Shown here one piece after another: positions 44,993-53,832 of a stretch of DNA of 64,000 nucleotides. The stretch covers positions 3,414 to 67,413 of the forward strand of contig JBAWZF010000006.1 in NCBI GenBank assembly GCA_037143175.1, in the 5' to 3' direction. The stretch comes from a bacterium (GTDB lineage Bacteria > Verrucomicrobiota > Kiritimatiellia > CAIKKV01 > CAITUY01). How positions within the stretch are numbered: position 1 is the stretch's first letter; every line of letters starts with the position of its first letter. Under the pieces are notes generated by a model. The model searched no databases and had not been told where the DNA came from. It saw nothing but the letters and a program-made list of their open reading frames with translations. Made by a program: the position numbers and the translations under genes.

Positions 44993-45394
44993 TCAGGGAC
45001 GACCACCGGTACCGGGTCGGGTGTCGGCATTGGATCCATTACGGGCGATTCGTGATCTGCGCCGCTGCCTGCCCGCAATGCTTCGCATAGCGATGCAGGC
45101 GGGGGGATAGCGGCTACTACAACTTGAATTGGCACCAGACTGATATCCCGTCCCTAAGCGGACCTTCATCATGGCTACCCCTGCGCCTTGCCAGAGAACA
45201 AAGACCGGGCGTTGATTGGCGATGGCTGTCGAGACTGGCGCATAGACACTCGGACAGCAAATGATCCCCAAGCACTCCAGGATCAATCTGGCAATACGCT
45301 GACGCCCCGCCTCGGCTTCGGGTGGGAGTGTCACCACGACCAGTTTCAGGCCGCCACGAGCAAGAACCGGCTCCAGCTCCGGGATGAGTGACAA
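44993..45394 (-). pseudogene. degraded copy of the repeat-encoded gene (the homolog of 46523..46999 loses frame after ...GAGVAMMK)
   Basis: Shares ...SLIPELEPVLARGGLKLVVVTLPPEAEAGRQRIARLILECLGIICCPSVYAPVSTAIANQRPVFVLWQGAGVAMMK with the downstream copy. Its continuation is found in a different frame (ORF 44809..45135). Confidence 0.4.
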
Positions 45395-45410
45395 AGTGGA
45401 GGTGGGGCTA
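45163..45410. repeat. 248-bp direct repeat, copy A (100% identical to 46675..46922)
   Basis: Base-by-base comparison of the two stretches shows identity over 248 bp. Confidence 0.9.
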
Positions 45411-45552
45411 ACGGTAACTGTTTGTCTGTCCCGCCGCGCAATTCACGTACGGCAGAATATCGTTCTGCGAAACAATATGATAATCAATTCCATTGACTCG
45501 GAACGAGGTGGGTAGCATTATTTATGCAGATTTAATGAAAAGCTAAATTGCA

Positions 45553-45789
45553 ATGCCGACTGTACTAATTATAGGGCCATATCGGTTTTTCTTTTACGCA
45601 AGCGATCACGGGGAACCCCCTCATGTTCATATTGAGCGGGAGGACTGTGTGGCAAAGTTTTGGATTAATCCAGTTCGTTTAGAGCGTAGTGGGGGATTCA
45701 GTGGGCATGAGATATCGAAATTATGTCGCATGGTTGCTATACATGAATCGCTTCTGATGGAGAAATGGAATGAATACTTCAGCGCTTGA
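45553..45789 (+). CDS. DUF4160-family small protein
   Basis: MPTVLIIGPYRFFFYASDHGEPPHVHIERED... is the DUF4160 signature. Confidence 0.7.
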   Translation: MPTVLIIGPYRFFFYASDHGEPPHVHIEREDCVAKFWINPVRLERSGGFSGHEISKLCRMVAIHESLLMEKWNEYFSA

Positions 45790-46225
45790 GTTGCCGGGTT
45801 TGACCGCGGAAAAAGTTGCCGTAAATGACGAGAGCCTGATCGTGGATCTTTCTGATGGTCGTGTATTAAGCGTGCCGTTGGCGTGGTATCCCCGGTTATT
45901 ACATGGGACCCGGGCGGAGCTTCATCGGTGGCGGTTGATTGGGCGTGGATCAGGGATCCATTGGCCCGATTTGGATGAGGATATAAGCGTTGATGGGCTT
46001 TTGCGTGGTGCGAAATCTGGGGAGAGCCAAGCCTCCCTCTCGAAATGGTTGGTTGCCCGTCGGGATGTGGGGCCCATGGGGAAGAGGCGAAATATCCGGT
46101 TATCTGCAAATGAGTATACTCCTGCGAGCGCAGCAAAAGGTGTGCGTCGAGTGGCCGAGGGGTCGGCAGTTTATGGGAAGCCCTACAGGAAACCCAGATT
46201 GACAAAATCTGGAACAGTGCAATGA
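45770..46225 (+). CDS. DUF2442-family protein
   Basis: ...VAVNDESLIVDLSDGRVLSVPLAWYPRLLHGTRAELHRWRLIGRGSGIHWPDLDEDISVDGLL is DUF2442-like. Overlaps the DUF4160 gene (a typical two-gene module). Confidence 0.65.
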   Translation: MNTSALELPGLTAEKVAVNDESLIVDLSDGRVLSVPLAWYPRLLHGTRAELHRWRLIGRGSGIHWPDLDEDISVDGLLRGAKSGESQASLSKWLVARRDVGPMGKRRNIRLSANEYTPASAAKGVRRVAEGSAVYGKPYRKPRLTKSGTVQ

Positions 46226-46522
46226 GGCCAAAATTCCCGTCTGCGGCGGCGTTATCAGTTGATGGGTTATCAAGATGCTGAGGCGCCAAATGAAAGTCCA
46301 GCCGGAGAATCCTTAACGTCTTTTCCCGTTGTAGTAGCCGCTGTCCCCAGGCCCGCCCTCTGCCTCCTCGCCCCTTGCGGGAGAGGATTGAGGTGAGGGG
46401 TTTATAGCAACCGGTTCGTCCCTCTCAGTGCGCTCTGGTCAGGGACTGTCACTTTAGTCTGCGCAATACTGGTAAAGCGCATTGTGCAAAGAGTTAAGCC
46501 GATGATTTTGAGGATAGATTTT

Positions 46523-46999
46523 CTATCCCAGAGGGCTCTGCTCCGAAGGTGGCATCACCGGCGAGAGTGGTGGTTCGGTCATCGTAGGCGGTGTCACAAC
46601 GGGAGGCGGCACGAAGGCCGGTGCGGACACCGGTTCGACTTCTACTGGCGTAACATTTGACGAAAGGCGGAGTGCCTTCATCATGGCTACCCCTGCGCCT
46701 TGCCAGAGAACAAAGACCGGGCGTTGATTGGCGATGGCTGTCGAGACTGGCGCATAGACACTCGGACAGCAAATGATCCCCAAGCACTCCAGGATCAATC
46801 TGGCAATACGCTGACGCCCCGCCTCGGCTTCGGGTGGGAGTGTCACCACGACCAGTTTCAGGCCGCCACGAGCAAGAACCGGCTCCAGCTCCGGGATGAG
46901 TGACAAAGTGGAGGTGGGGCTATGCGTTGAAATCACCAGGCTGATCTCCTTAGATCCCGGAGTTGCAGACAAAGCCGGGGCTATGGCTAGTTTGGCCAT
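46523..46999 (-). CDS. hypothetical protein encoded across repeat copy B (Pro-rich C-terminus); family not recognised
   Basis: 158-aa ORF containing the same conserved segment as the degraded copy upstream. Confidence 0.4.
   Translation of the reverse strand: MAKLAIAPALSATPGSKEISLVISTHSPTSTLSLIPELEPVLARGGLKLVVVTLPPEAEAGRQRIARLILECLGIICCPSVYAPVSTAIANQRPVFVLWQGAGVAMMKALRLSSNVTPVEVEPVSAPAFVPPPVVTPPTMTEPPLSPVMPPSEQSPLG
46675..46922. repeat. 248-bp direct repeat, copy B
   Basis: Identical to 45163..45410. Confidence 0.9.
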
Positions 47000-47016
47000 C
47001 TTGGTAAACCGTATAT

Positions 47017-47490
47017 TTGCCGCCCGCCGATATCCCTGCGGATAATTTGTCTGTCCCTAAAGGCTCCCTGGAACTGGCCACGGCACCTGAGAAACGTCTC
47101 GCTCAACTCACGTTGGCGGATGAGATGACCAGGACTGTACACGGGGCGGAGGGGCTCGCCATAGCGCAACGCGCCAGCCAGGTGTTGTTCGGTGGCTCAA
47201 TGGAGGGGATGAAGGCGGATGATCTGATCAAAGTGTTTGCGAATGTGCCCTCGCGTGAGTTATCCTTGGATTCAGTTCGGGATGCCAGCTTCCTGGATGT
47301 GGCAGTGGTGTCAGGGCTCTGCAAGAGCAAGGGCGACGCGCGGCGGCTTGTGAACGAAGGCGGTTTTTACATCAATAACATCCGGATTACGGAACCTGCG
47401 GGGAAGATCACTGGCGACATGTTGGTGGATGGGCGTGTGCTGGTCATGCGGGCGGGAAAAAAGAACTATTGCCTGGTCAAGGTCGTCTGA
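47017..47490 (+). pseudogene. displaced 3-prime remnant of tyrS (C-terminal about 140 codons including the S4 domain; roughly 75% identical in protein to the live tyrS C-terminus)
   Basis: ...APEKRLAQLTLADEMTRTVHGAEGLAIAQRASQVLFGGSMEGMKADDLIKVFANVPSRELSLDSV...LCKSKGDARRLVNEGGFYINNIRI...GRVLVMRAGKKNYCLVKVV aligns residue for residue with TyrS 43370..43772. It has no N-terminal catalytic domain and no proper start. Confidence 0.8.
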
Positions 47491-47515
47491 GACAATCAAA
47501 AATAAGGATGGGATA

Positions 47516-48655
47516 ATGAGTACAATAAGATATTTTTCAACGGTATGGGCCGGTGTTGCGTTGCTTGCTTTATCAATGATTACGGCACGCGCGGAAGACA
47601 ATGGTGCCGAACATCCCTGGACAGTTAGTTTTGGACTTGGCAAACTCGACACTGAGGGCGATGCGATTGTCAATGACGCCAGCTTTTGCACGCTGTCGTT
47701 GGATTATTCCCTGTCGCACAGGTTCTCAATCGAAGGATCATTGACCTGGGTGCCACGGTTAACCGGAAATACTTTCACTGATTACTCATCCGGTTCACCG
47801 GAAACAGTTGATCGTCTGGAAGCCGAAACCGGCGCATCTGATACCTGGGCGGTGGGCGCCGCCGTTGATGTTTTATATCATATTTCCAGCGGGCAGAGGG
47901 TGGACCCGTATCTGTCCCTCGGTTATGGCGTTCTCCGCTATGGCGAAGAGATCGGCGAAAATGACTGTTACGATACGACACCGCGGGCCGGTGCCGGCCT
48001 GTTTTATCACCTCTCTGACTCAGTGGCCGTTCGTGCTGATTATGGCTATTACCTGAATGGAGACTGGCGGAAGAGTAATTCAAATTCAAAATTCGGGATC
48101 GGTCTTGCCTGGACCTTTGGTGCCAACAAGCCAGTGGTTTTGCCGCAATCGGTCGCAAGGCCGGGTGTTGAGGCATCCGTGATCCCCCCTGCGGGCGGCG
48201 AGGCCACCACGCGGGTGGCTGCACCAGTGGTTGTCGATTCGAAAAACAAATCTGACGATCGCGAGAAGTATGTATTGCACATAGAATTTGCCGAGGGCAG
48301 TTCAAAACTCATGGCGCAATACTATGAACATCTGGATGTGATCGGAACAATCTTGAAAGACACGCCGGACGTCACTGTGCGAATCGAAGGGCATTGCGAA
48401 CAGCTTGCATCCTCTTCCGAGCGTCAGGCTAAAAGCCTGACACAAAAGCGGGCCGAGGCTATCCGTGATTATTTGGCAGGCGACAAATGGAATATCGCCA
48501 AAAAACGCATGGAAGCCGTAGGGTGTGGATTTAGCATGCCGATTGAAAAACCGGATTTGATCAACGGCAACCTGGCAAATCGCCGGATTGAAATCTACAT
48601 CAACCGTCCTGCCGCATCCGCGAAGCAGGGGACTGTCACTCCGGCAGACAAATAA
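47516..48655 (+). CDS. OmpA-family outer-membrane protein (N-terminal beta-barrel plus C-terminal OmpA/Pal-like peptidoglycan-binding domain)
   Basis: Signal peptide MSTIRYFSTVWAGVALLALSMITARA. Alternating barrel strands. C-terminal ...TVRIEGHCEQLASSSERQAKSLTQKRAEAIRDYL...NRRIEIYI is an OmpA_C-like domain. Confidence 0.75.
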   Translation: MSTIRYFSTVWAGVALLALSMITARAEDNGAEHPWTVSFGLGKLDTEGDAIVNDASFCTLSLDYSLSHRFSIEGSLTWVPRLTGNTFTDYSSGSPETVDRLEAETGASDTWAVGAAVDVLYHISSGQRVDPYLSLGYGVLRYGEEIGENDCYDTTPRAGAGLFYHLSDSVAVRADYGYYLNGDWRKSNSNSKFGIGLAWTFGANKPVVLPQSVARPGVEASVIPPAGGEATTRVAAPVVVDSKNKSDDREKYVLHIEFAEGSSKLMAQYYEHLDVIGTILKDTPDVTVRIEGHCEQLASSSERQAKSLTQKRAEAIRDYLAGDKWNIAKKRMEAVGCGFSMPIEKPDLINGNLANRRIEIYINRPAASAKQGTVTPADK

Positions 48656-48662
48656 AAGTCTG

Positions 48663-51600
48663 TCACTGTTTGTAGAACGGCAGGTAGCGGTAGTATACTT
48701 CCAGGCATAATGCCGCCGTGGCGGTGGTGTACACCCGCCCGCCACGTTCGCCCAGCACGCACACCGGATCCCAACTGCCCTTGGCGGCACCTTTCATAAC
48801 CTGCCCGGTCAGCAGCGCCTGGACCAGGGCCTTGTTCCATGTGACAAACTCAGGGGCCCCCGACATGTGCAGCGCAAGCGTGGTGTAATACCAGAAATAC
48901 AGGTTCACGGTATGGTCCTTCGGCGACCACACCGGTAAACGGGCCATGAGATAGGGGATGGTCTCGCCCTGGCCGCGCATGCGGGTATTTTCTTTCATCA
49001 TTAACTGGCAGAACCAGCCTTCGGCTGTCATGGTGGGCGTTCCTGCATGCCCCGGCATATAGGCATAGAGCCCCTCTTCGTTTCCGCGTCGAACACAATC
49101 CAGCCATTTTTCAACCCACTGGAAATGCTGCGGGGGGATCTTGAAGCCGGCAATCATGGCGCTCTTCAGGGCCAGCACCTGCCAACCAGTCACGGACGTG
49201 TCACTGTCTTTCCGTGGTTCATATCGCCAACCAGCCCCGGGATTTTGTGCCTTCAAGATGAAGTCTACCGCCTTTTTAATGGGTTCATTCAGGCGTTGAT
49301 CACCCGTCATGGAATAGGATTCGCACAGGGCCGCAGTGGCCATTGCCTGGCCATACATCTGTCCTTCCCGTTGCAGGTTGCCGTCTTCCTTCTGTCCGTC
49401 GACAAGCCAGTTCAGTGCCTTGCGCACCGACTCCTTGTGCTCGCCCTTCACATGCGTATACCCGGCGCCCAGATAGGATAGCAGGCACAAGCCGGTGAGC
49501 GCCACATCATCATCACTGCGGTCACCACCTCCACCACAACGGGAGATGGTTTTGAATCCATCCACATCCCAGCGACCATCATCGCTTTGTGCCTTGGCTA
49601 GCCAGATGAGTGCCTCTTCGACAGCCTGTTCGGTTCTGACGGATCCGCCTAGCTCACGGATGATGTCCTTGCGTTTTTCCGGAGTTCTGAGTTTGTACAG
49701 CGCTTTTTCTGGAACGGTCTTCGGCACGGAAGCCAATTCATCCGATATCAGCAACCGTGGCGTCTCCTTGCCACTGAACCCTAACACTGGCTGAGCGGAA
49801 TGCCCCCTCTGTCCATCGCCCCCGGCCTTCAAATCAATATCCATCCTTGTATGCGGCCTGCCTGCGGAAGAAGACATACTTGCGGAATCAAAATCCATCA
49901 ATCCGCCACCGGCTGGTGCGCTATCCGGCATGAATTGTCCGCCCGCCTTGGTGACAATAATCTCTGCCGCCGTCTTTGGTCCCGTGGAAACGGTTGCGCT
50001 GTCACCTTGGCCCATGCCTTCCGCGGCCAGTTCCCTGCCGGTTTCGCCAAATGACAAGCGCACGTCATTTCCGACCGCAGATCCGGATCTTATCAATGAT
50101 ACTGAATCCTGCCCGATGCCGCTCCCCTTCGTGCCGCGGGGTTGTGCCGCAGGGAGGGCGTCCACATCCGCCAGGCTTACGTTGATGTTGCCTCCCATCG
50201 ACGAGGTCGGCAGTGAAAGCTGCGACCGTGAGCCCTGTTCGCCCGTCTGCGAAATTCCAGCATCAGCCTTTTCAGGCTTGAGGCCGATGCGGGCGAGTGC
50301 CGACTGAATTTCATTGCCACTGGAAAGTGTGCCTGTGTCCGCCGTGGCCATTGCCGGGGCCAGCCCGGCAAGGATATCAGCCACTTTTGCGCCAGCCCCT
50401 GCAGCGGAGCCCGGATTCTCAATTTTTGTTGCATCAACATCAGCCGCCATAGAGCCGGACAAGCCTCCTATCAGTACTTCAGTTGCTTTGCCAGCTAGCG
50501 AGTTGTGTGTGCCTGCCGCCCCGGAAAGAACGCGCCCAGCGTTCAGTCGTTGCGAAAAAGCCGCATCGTCAGGCTGTCCCCAACTTCCGGCGGCCTGGCT
50601 CTTGCCGGTTGTCAAGGCATACCGCAGTTTGTCAATTCCGCGGAGAGATCTCACCTCTTCGCTGGCACTACCCGATGAAATGGTCGCCGCCGGTGCCGCG
50701 GCGCCACCCATATCCACCATTGCTATTGCCATTGAGCGCGAAACAGCCGATGTGAGTTCACTCGTGTCTCCTGCGGGGCGCGTGGTAGTCTGTGCCTGTG
50801 CTCCCGGAACGTCAAAGGGGGTGCGCTCACCGGCGCCGGCTGTGTGATTTTCGGATGTTGTCAAATCGACTGAGTGTCGTGCCACCCATCCACTGTTTAC
50901 GTCCGGAATGTCTCCCGTGGTCAATCCGCTCTTTACAGCTGCAATAGATTCAAAAGCATCACGACCATTCAATTGTGCTGGCATGGACGATTGTGTGCGC
51001 TCAACCTGAATTCCCGCTGCGGATCCACCTACATCCACGAGGGGGTGGGTGCCGGTTTCACCCATTGTTACCAGTAACCGGTCCTGTAGGGCGAGGCGGT
51101 CAGCGCCCGCGGGAGCTGTCTCTTTTGTGGAAGTGACTCTAAATTTGGTATTCTCAGCCGCCGGACGTCTTTCCAGCGTAATTGACGCTTTGGACCGGTT
51201 CAGTGGGGCCTCTTGCATCGCGGATGTTTGTCCGCTCCGTAAGGTTCTGACCTCTTTTTGGGTGTCAAAGACGGGTTCAGCTGCCAGCGCAGCGGCAGCT
51301 GGGCCAACCACGGGGCGTTGCGTGTCGGTCATCCGGACTGGTGCGCTCAGGAATTGTGCATGACTCGTTTCGCGTTGTTGGGGCGTTGTATCCACCCGCG
51401 GTTGTGATTTCCGGGTTATGGGGGTGGCATCGGACAGGCTGGCAGCGGCCACTCTGGCCATTGTGCCTTTCAACTCGCGCGACAACATTGCCGCCGCCGG
51501 CGCATCGGGTGCCGATGTTCCCTGGTGAGCGACATCCATGGCGTGTGATGGCTCACCTGTACGCTTTATTTCCATCCGGCCGGGTGCCTCTGCATCCTGG

Positions 51601-52523
51601 ATTTGTTTCGCCTTCAAGTTCAATGCTTCGATTTTACCGGCGCTACCGCTGGTCCGCAGTATATCGTCCGTTTTTCGCCCGCCGTGCTGTATGGGTTCAA
51701 TTTTTACGGTATCCCGCGTGAGTGTCCGCTGCATTTCATTCCTAGTCACATTCCGGTGGTCATTAATTGGAGCGGCCAGGGTATCGATCTGCAGTTTTTG
51801 GGGCATCTGCCCAGGCAGTTCCCGGGGCGATGGTTTCACTGGAGCGGTTTCGCCGGCATTCTTGATCTGGGCGAGGGCGACCAGTTTAGTCTTGTTGATA
51901 TCGGGAATCGTCTCTTCAGTCCTGGTGAGCGCTTCCTGAAGCTGCGCTTTGGCCCGTGAAGCCTCAACGGGCTTCATTTTTTCCTGCATGGGCTCCGGTG
52001 GCGGCCCGTGCTTCAGTTCCAGCATTAGCTGCGCCGCCCTGGCTTCAATGGGATCCACCAGTGATTCCTTTTTGACGGATAGTTCCCGGAGATCGGGCTT
52101 TGTGGTTGCGGTAAACTGTGCCCGCATATCCTGGCTTAACTGGCTTTCCGTCATCGGGGGGACACTCGATGACAACTCCAACCTGCCTGCGGTCATGTCA
52201 ACTTCGGGCACCGGGGTGCTCAAGACAAACAGACCGAACAACGAGGCCGTCAACATGTGTGCCACGATGCTGATGAACATGCCGAGCGCGACAAAGCCAG
52301 AGGTCTGACGACGCCCGGCGGCCAGCAGTGAAATCACCAGAAGACCGACAGCTGTCAGGATGGCCGCCAACAGGGGGAAGCCGAATCGCGCCAGGACATA
52401 ATGCCAGTATTGCGCCCAGCTGACAGGCGCCAGAAAACTGGTCGCGACAGCGGCGACAAGGCCTGCGGCAATCAGCACCCACATCCAGGGCTGCAACGCT
52501 GATCCTCGTACGTTACCCTTCAA
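48663..52523 (-). CDS. 1286-aa polytopic membrane protein: three N-terminal TM helices, an about 850-aa low-complexity Ala/Thr/Ser/Gly/Pro-rich region, and a C-terminal prenyltransferase/squalene-cyclase-type alpha/alpha-toroid repeat domain. It occupies the TolA/TonB position after exbB-exbD.
   Basis: One uninterrupted ORF. N-terminal hydrophobic segments (WMWVLIAAGLVAAVATSF, FGFPLLAAILTAVGLLVISLLAA, FVALGMFISIVAHMLTASLFGLFVL). C-terminal repeats with DDGRW / GWRYEP / QNPGAGW-type motifs typical of Prenyltrans/SQHop_cyclase repeats. It starts 32 nt after the exbD stop. Confidence 0.7.
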   Translation of the reverse strand: MKGNVRGSALQPWMWVLIAAGLVAAVATSFLAPVSWAQYWHYVLARFGFPLLAAILTAVGLLVISLLAAGRRQTSGFVALGMFISIVAHMLTASLFGLFVLSTPVPEVDMTAGRLELSSSVPPMTESQLSQDMRAQFTATTKPDLRELSVKKESLVDPIEARAAQLMLELKHGPPPEPMQEKMKPVEASRAKAQLQEALTRTEETIPDINKTKLVALAQIKNAGETAPVKPSPRELPGQMPQKLQIDTLAAPINDHRNVTRNEMQRTLTRDTVKIEPIQHGGRKTDDILRTSGSAGKIEALNLKAKQIQDAEAPGRMEIKRTGEPSHAMDVAHQGTSAPDAPAAAMLSRELKGTMARVAAASLSDATPITRKSQPRVDTTPQQRETSHAQFLSAPVRMTDTQRPVVGPAAAALAAEPVFDTQKEVRTLRSGQTSAMQEAPLNRSKASITLERRPAAENTKFRVTSTKETAPAGADRLALQDRLLVTMGETGTHPLVDVGGSAAGIQVERTQSSMPAQLNGRDAFESIAAVKSGLTTGDIPDVNSGWVARHSVDLTTSENHTAGAGERTPFDVPGAQAQTTTRPAGDTSELTSAVSRSMAIAMVDMGGAAAPAATISSGSASEEVRSLRGIDKLRYALTTGKSQAAGSWGQPDDAAFSQRLNAGRVLSGAAGTHNSLAGKATEVLIGGLSGSMAADVDATKIENPGSAAGAGAKVADILAGLAPAMATADTGTLSSGNEIQSALARIGLKPEKADAGISQTGEQGSRSQLSLPTSSMGGNINVSLADVDALPAAQPRGTKGSGIGQDSVSLIRSGSAVGNDVRLSFGETGRELAAEGMGQGDSATVSTGPKTAAEIIVTKAGGQFMPDSAPAGGGLMDFDSASMSSSAGRPHTRMDIDLKAGGDGQRGHSAQPVLGFSGKETPRLLISDELASVPKTVPEKALYKLRTPEKRKDIIRELGGSVRTEQAVEEALIWLAKAQSDDGRWDVDGFKTISRCGGGGDRSDDDVALTGLCLLSYLGAGYTHVKGEHKESVRKALNWLVDGQKEDGNLQREGQMYGQAMATAALCESYSMTGDQRLNEPIKKAVDFILKAQNPGAGWRYEPRKDSDTSVTGWQVLALKSAMIAGFKIPPQHFQWVEKWLDCVRRGNEEGLYAYMPGHAGTPTMTAEGWFCQLMMKENTRMRGQGETIPYLMARLPVWSPKDHTVNLYFWYYTTLALHMSGAPEFVTWNKALVQALLTGQVMKGAAKGSWDPVCVLGERGGRVYTTATAALCLEVYYRYLPFYKQ

Positions 52524-52555
52524 TGATCATTTTCCGTTCGCGAAATAGCTTCACC

Positions 52556-52969
52556 TTATTTGTCGCCTTGGTTGGTCGTGAGATAGGTATGTTTCACGCT
52601 GTGTTTTTCGCACAGGTCCAGAATATTCACGGCGAACTGGAGTACTGCGCGTTTGTCGCCACGGATGACCACGGCCTGATCGGGATTCTCTGATTTTGCC
52701 ATGCCGATAAGCCGGTCAACCTCCTCAGTCTGTCGTACTTGTCCGCCAATGACGAATTGTCCATCCTGGCCAACATTGACCACCATTTCCCGTGGCATGG
52801 CCATCATGGGCCTGGCATTGCGGCTGTCCGGCGGTTTCACGCGGACATCCCGCTCAATATCAGCGAACTTCGTGGCCATCAGGAAAAAAACCAGGAGGAA
52901 CATCATCGTGTCGATCATGGGGATCACGTTGATGCCGAAAAAATCATGTTCGGGAATTTTTATTCGCAT
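52556..52969 (-). CDS. exbD: ExbD/TolR-family biopolymer transport protein
   Basis: 137 aa, single TM (INVIPMIDTMMFLLVFFLM) plus periplasmic domain. Directly follows exbB. Confidence 0.8.
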   Translation of the reverse strand: MRIKIPEHDFFGINVIPMIDTMMFLLVFFLMATKFADIERDVRVKPPDSRNARPMMAMPREMVVNVGQDGQFVIGGQVRQTEEVDRLIGMAKSENPDQAVVIRGDKRAVLQFAVNILDLCEKHSVKHTYLTTNQGDK

Positions 52970-52983
52970 CGTGGGGCCCAGTC

Positions 52984-53787
52984 TCAGCTTTTGGAAGCCA
53001 GTTTTTCAGCCAGTTCCGTCGCGGTATAGTCAATTTCGCTCACCAGCCGCTCTACCCGTTCCTGGAAGAAGAAATACATGACCAGGGCCGCGATGGCGAT
53101 CGTCAACCCCACTGCCGTTGCCACAAGGGCCTCATAAATGCCCCCGGCAAGGAGTTCCGTCCGGCCCAGCGCGTCTTCCGATGCGGCCACGGTCATGAAC
53201 GTGCGGATAATACCTGTGGCCGTCCCCAGCAACCCGAGCAGCGGAGCCACACTCGCCACGGCGGACAGCACACGGTTATTCCGCTGGAGCTTGGAGACCT
53301 CTTTGGCGGCCGTGTCCTCCATGGCCTTTTCCACTTCCATGATGGGGCGGTTTGCACGGCGTATGCCAGCCGCCACGATGCGTGCGAGGGGACTTGTCGC
53401 ACCTTCCAGTTGTGCCTGCAAGGCCTGGGCATTGAAGGTGTCCCCGGGTTGGTCCAAGGCTGTGCGCAGTTGCAGCACGGTTTGTGGTGGCGACACCACC
53501 CGGTTGCGAAGGGTGAAGAGGCGTTCAAAAGCGAATCCCAGCGCAAGAATGCTGCAGAGATAGAGCGGGTACATGACAGGTCCGCCTTTTTGCAGGAGCT
53601 GAATCATGGTCAGGTCACGCATGTCAGGGGCGGTGCCTGTTGTTTCCTTGCTCGTCACTACCGTTCCGGTTTGTTGCCCCATGCCGGTCGCTGCTCGTGG
53701 CGCTGGCTGTTTATCGGCCTGCGCCATGGTCACGCCCGCACACAACATAATGATACCCATCACACAAACAAACCTGTACTTGGTCAT
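52984..53787 (-). CDS. exbB: MotA/TolQ/ExbB-family proton channel
   Basis: ...MYPLYLCSILALGFAFERLFTLR..., ...SAVASVAPLLGLLGTATGIIRTF..., conserved three-TM core. Has an N-terminal signal-like extension. Confidence 0.8.
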   Translation of the reverse strand: MTKYRFVCVMGIIMLCAGVTMAQADKQPAPRAATGMGQQTGTVVTSKETTGTAPDMRDLTMIQLLQKGGPVMYPLYLCSILALGFAFERLFTLRNRVVSPPQTVLQLRTALDQPGDTFNAQALQAQLEGATSPLARIVAAGIRRANRPIMEVEKAMEDTAAKEVSKLQRNNRVLSAVASVAPLLGLLGTATGIIRTFMTVAASEDALGRTELLAGGIYEALVATAVGLTIAIAALVMYFFFQERVERLVSEIDYTATELAEKLASKS

Positions 53788-53832
53788 GAAACACTCCTCT
53801 TGTAGTTATCGAGATTCGGACACGTCAATGGG

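Noticed and set aside
44809-45135. Pro-rich 108-aa minus-strand ORF
   Set aside because: It appears to be the frame-shifted continuation of the degraded repeat-encoded gene (similar Pro/Val/Glu-rich tail as the intact copy 46523..46999), not an independent gene.
45627-46289. 220-aa minus-strand ORF overlapping DUF4160/DUF2442
   Set aside because: Antisense to two genes with clear family signatures. Arg/Ser/Pro-rich.
49047-52482. Many 60-180-aa ORFs on both strands within 48.7-52.5 kb
   Set aside because: All are nested inside the single 1286-aa ORF whose termini have recognisable TM and toroid-repeat features. They are by-products of GC-rich low-complexity coding sequence.
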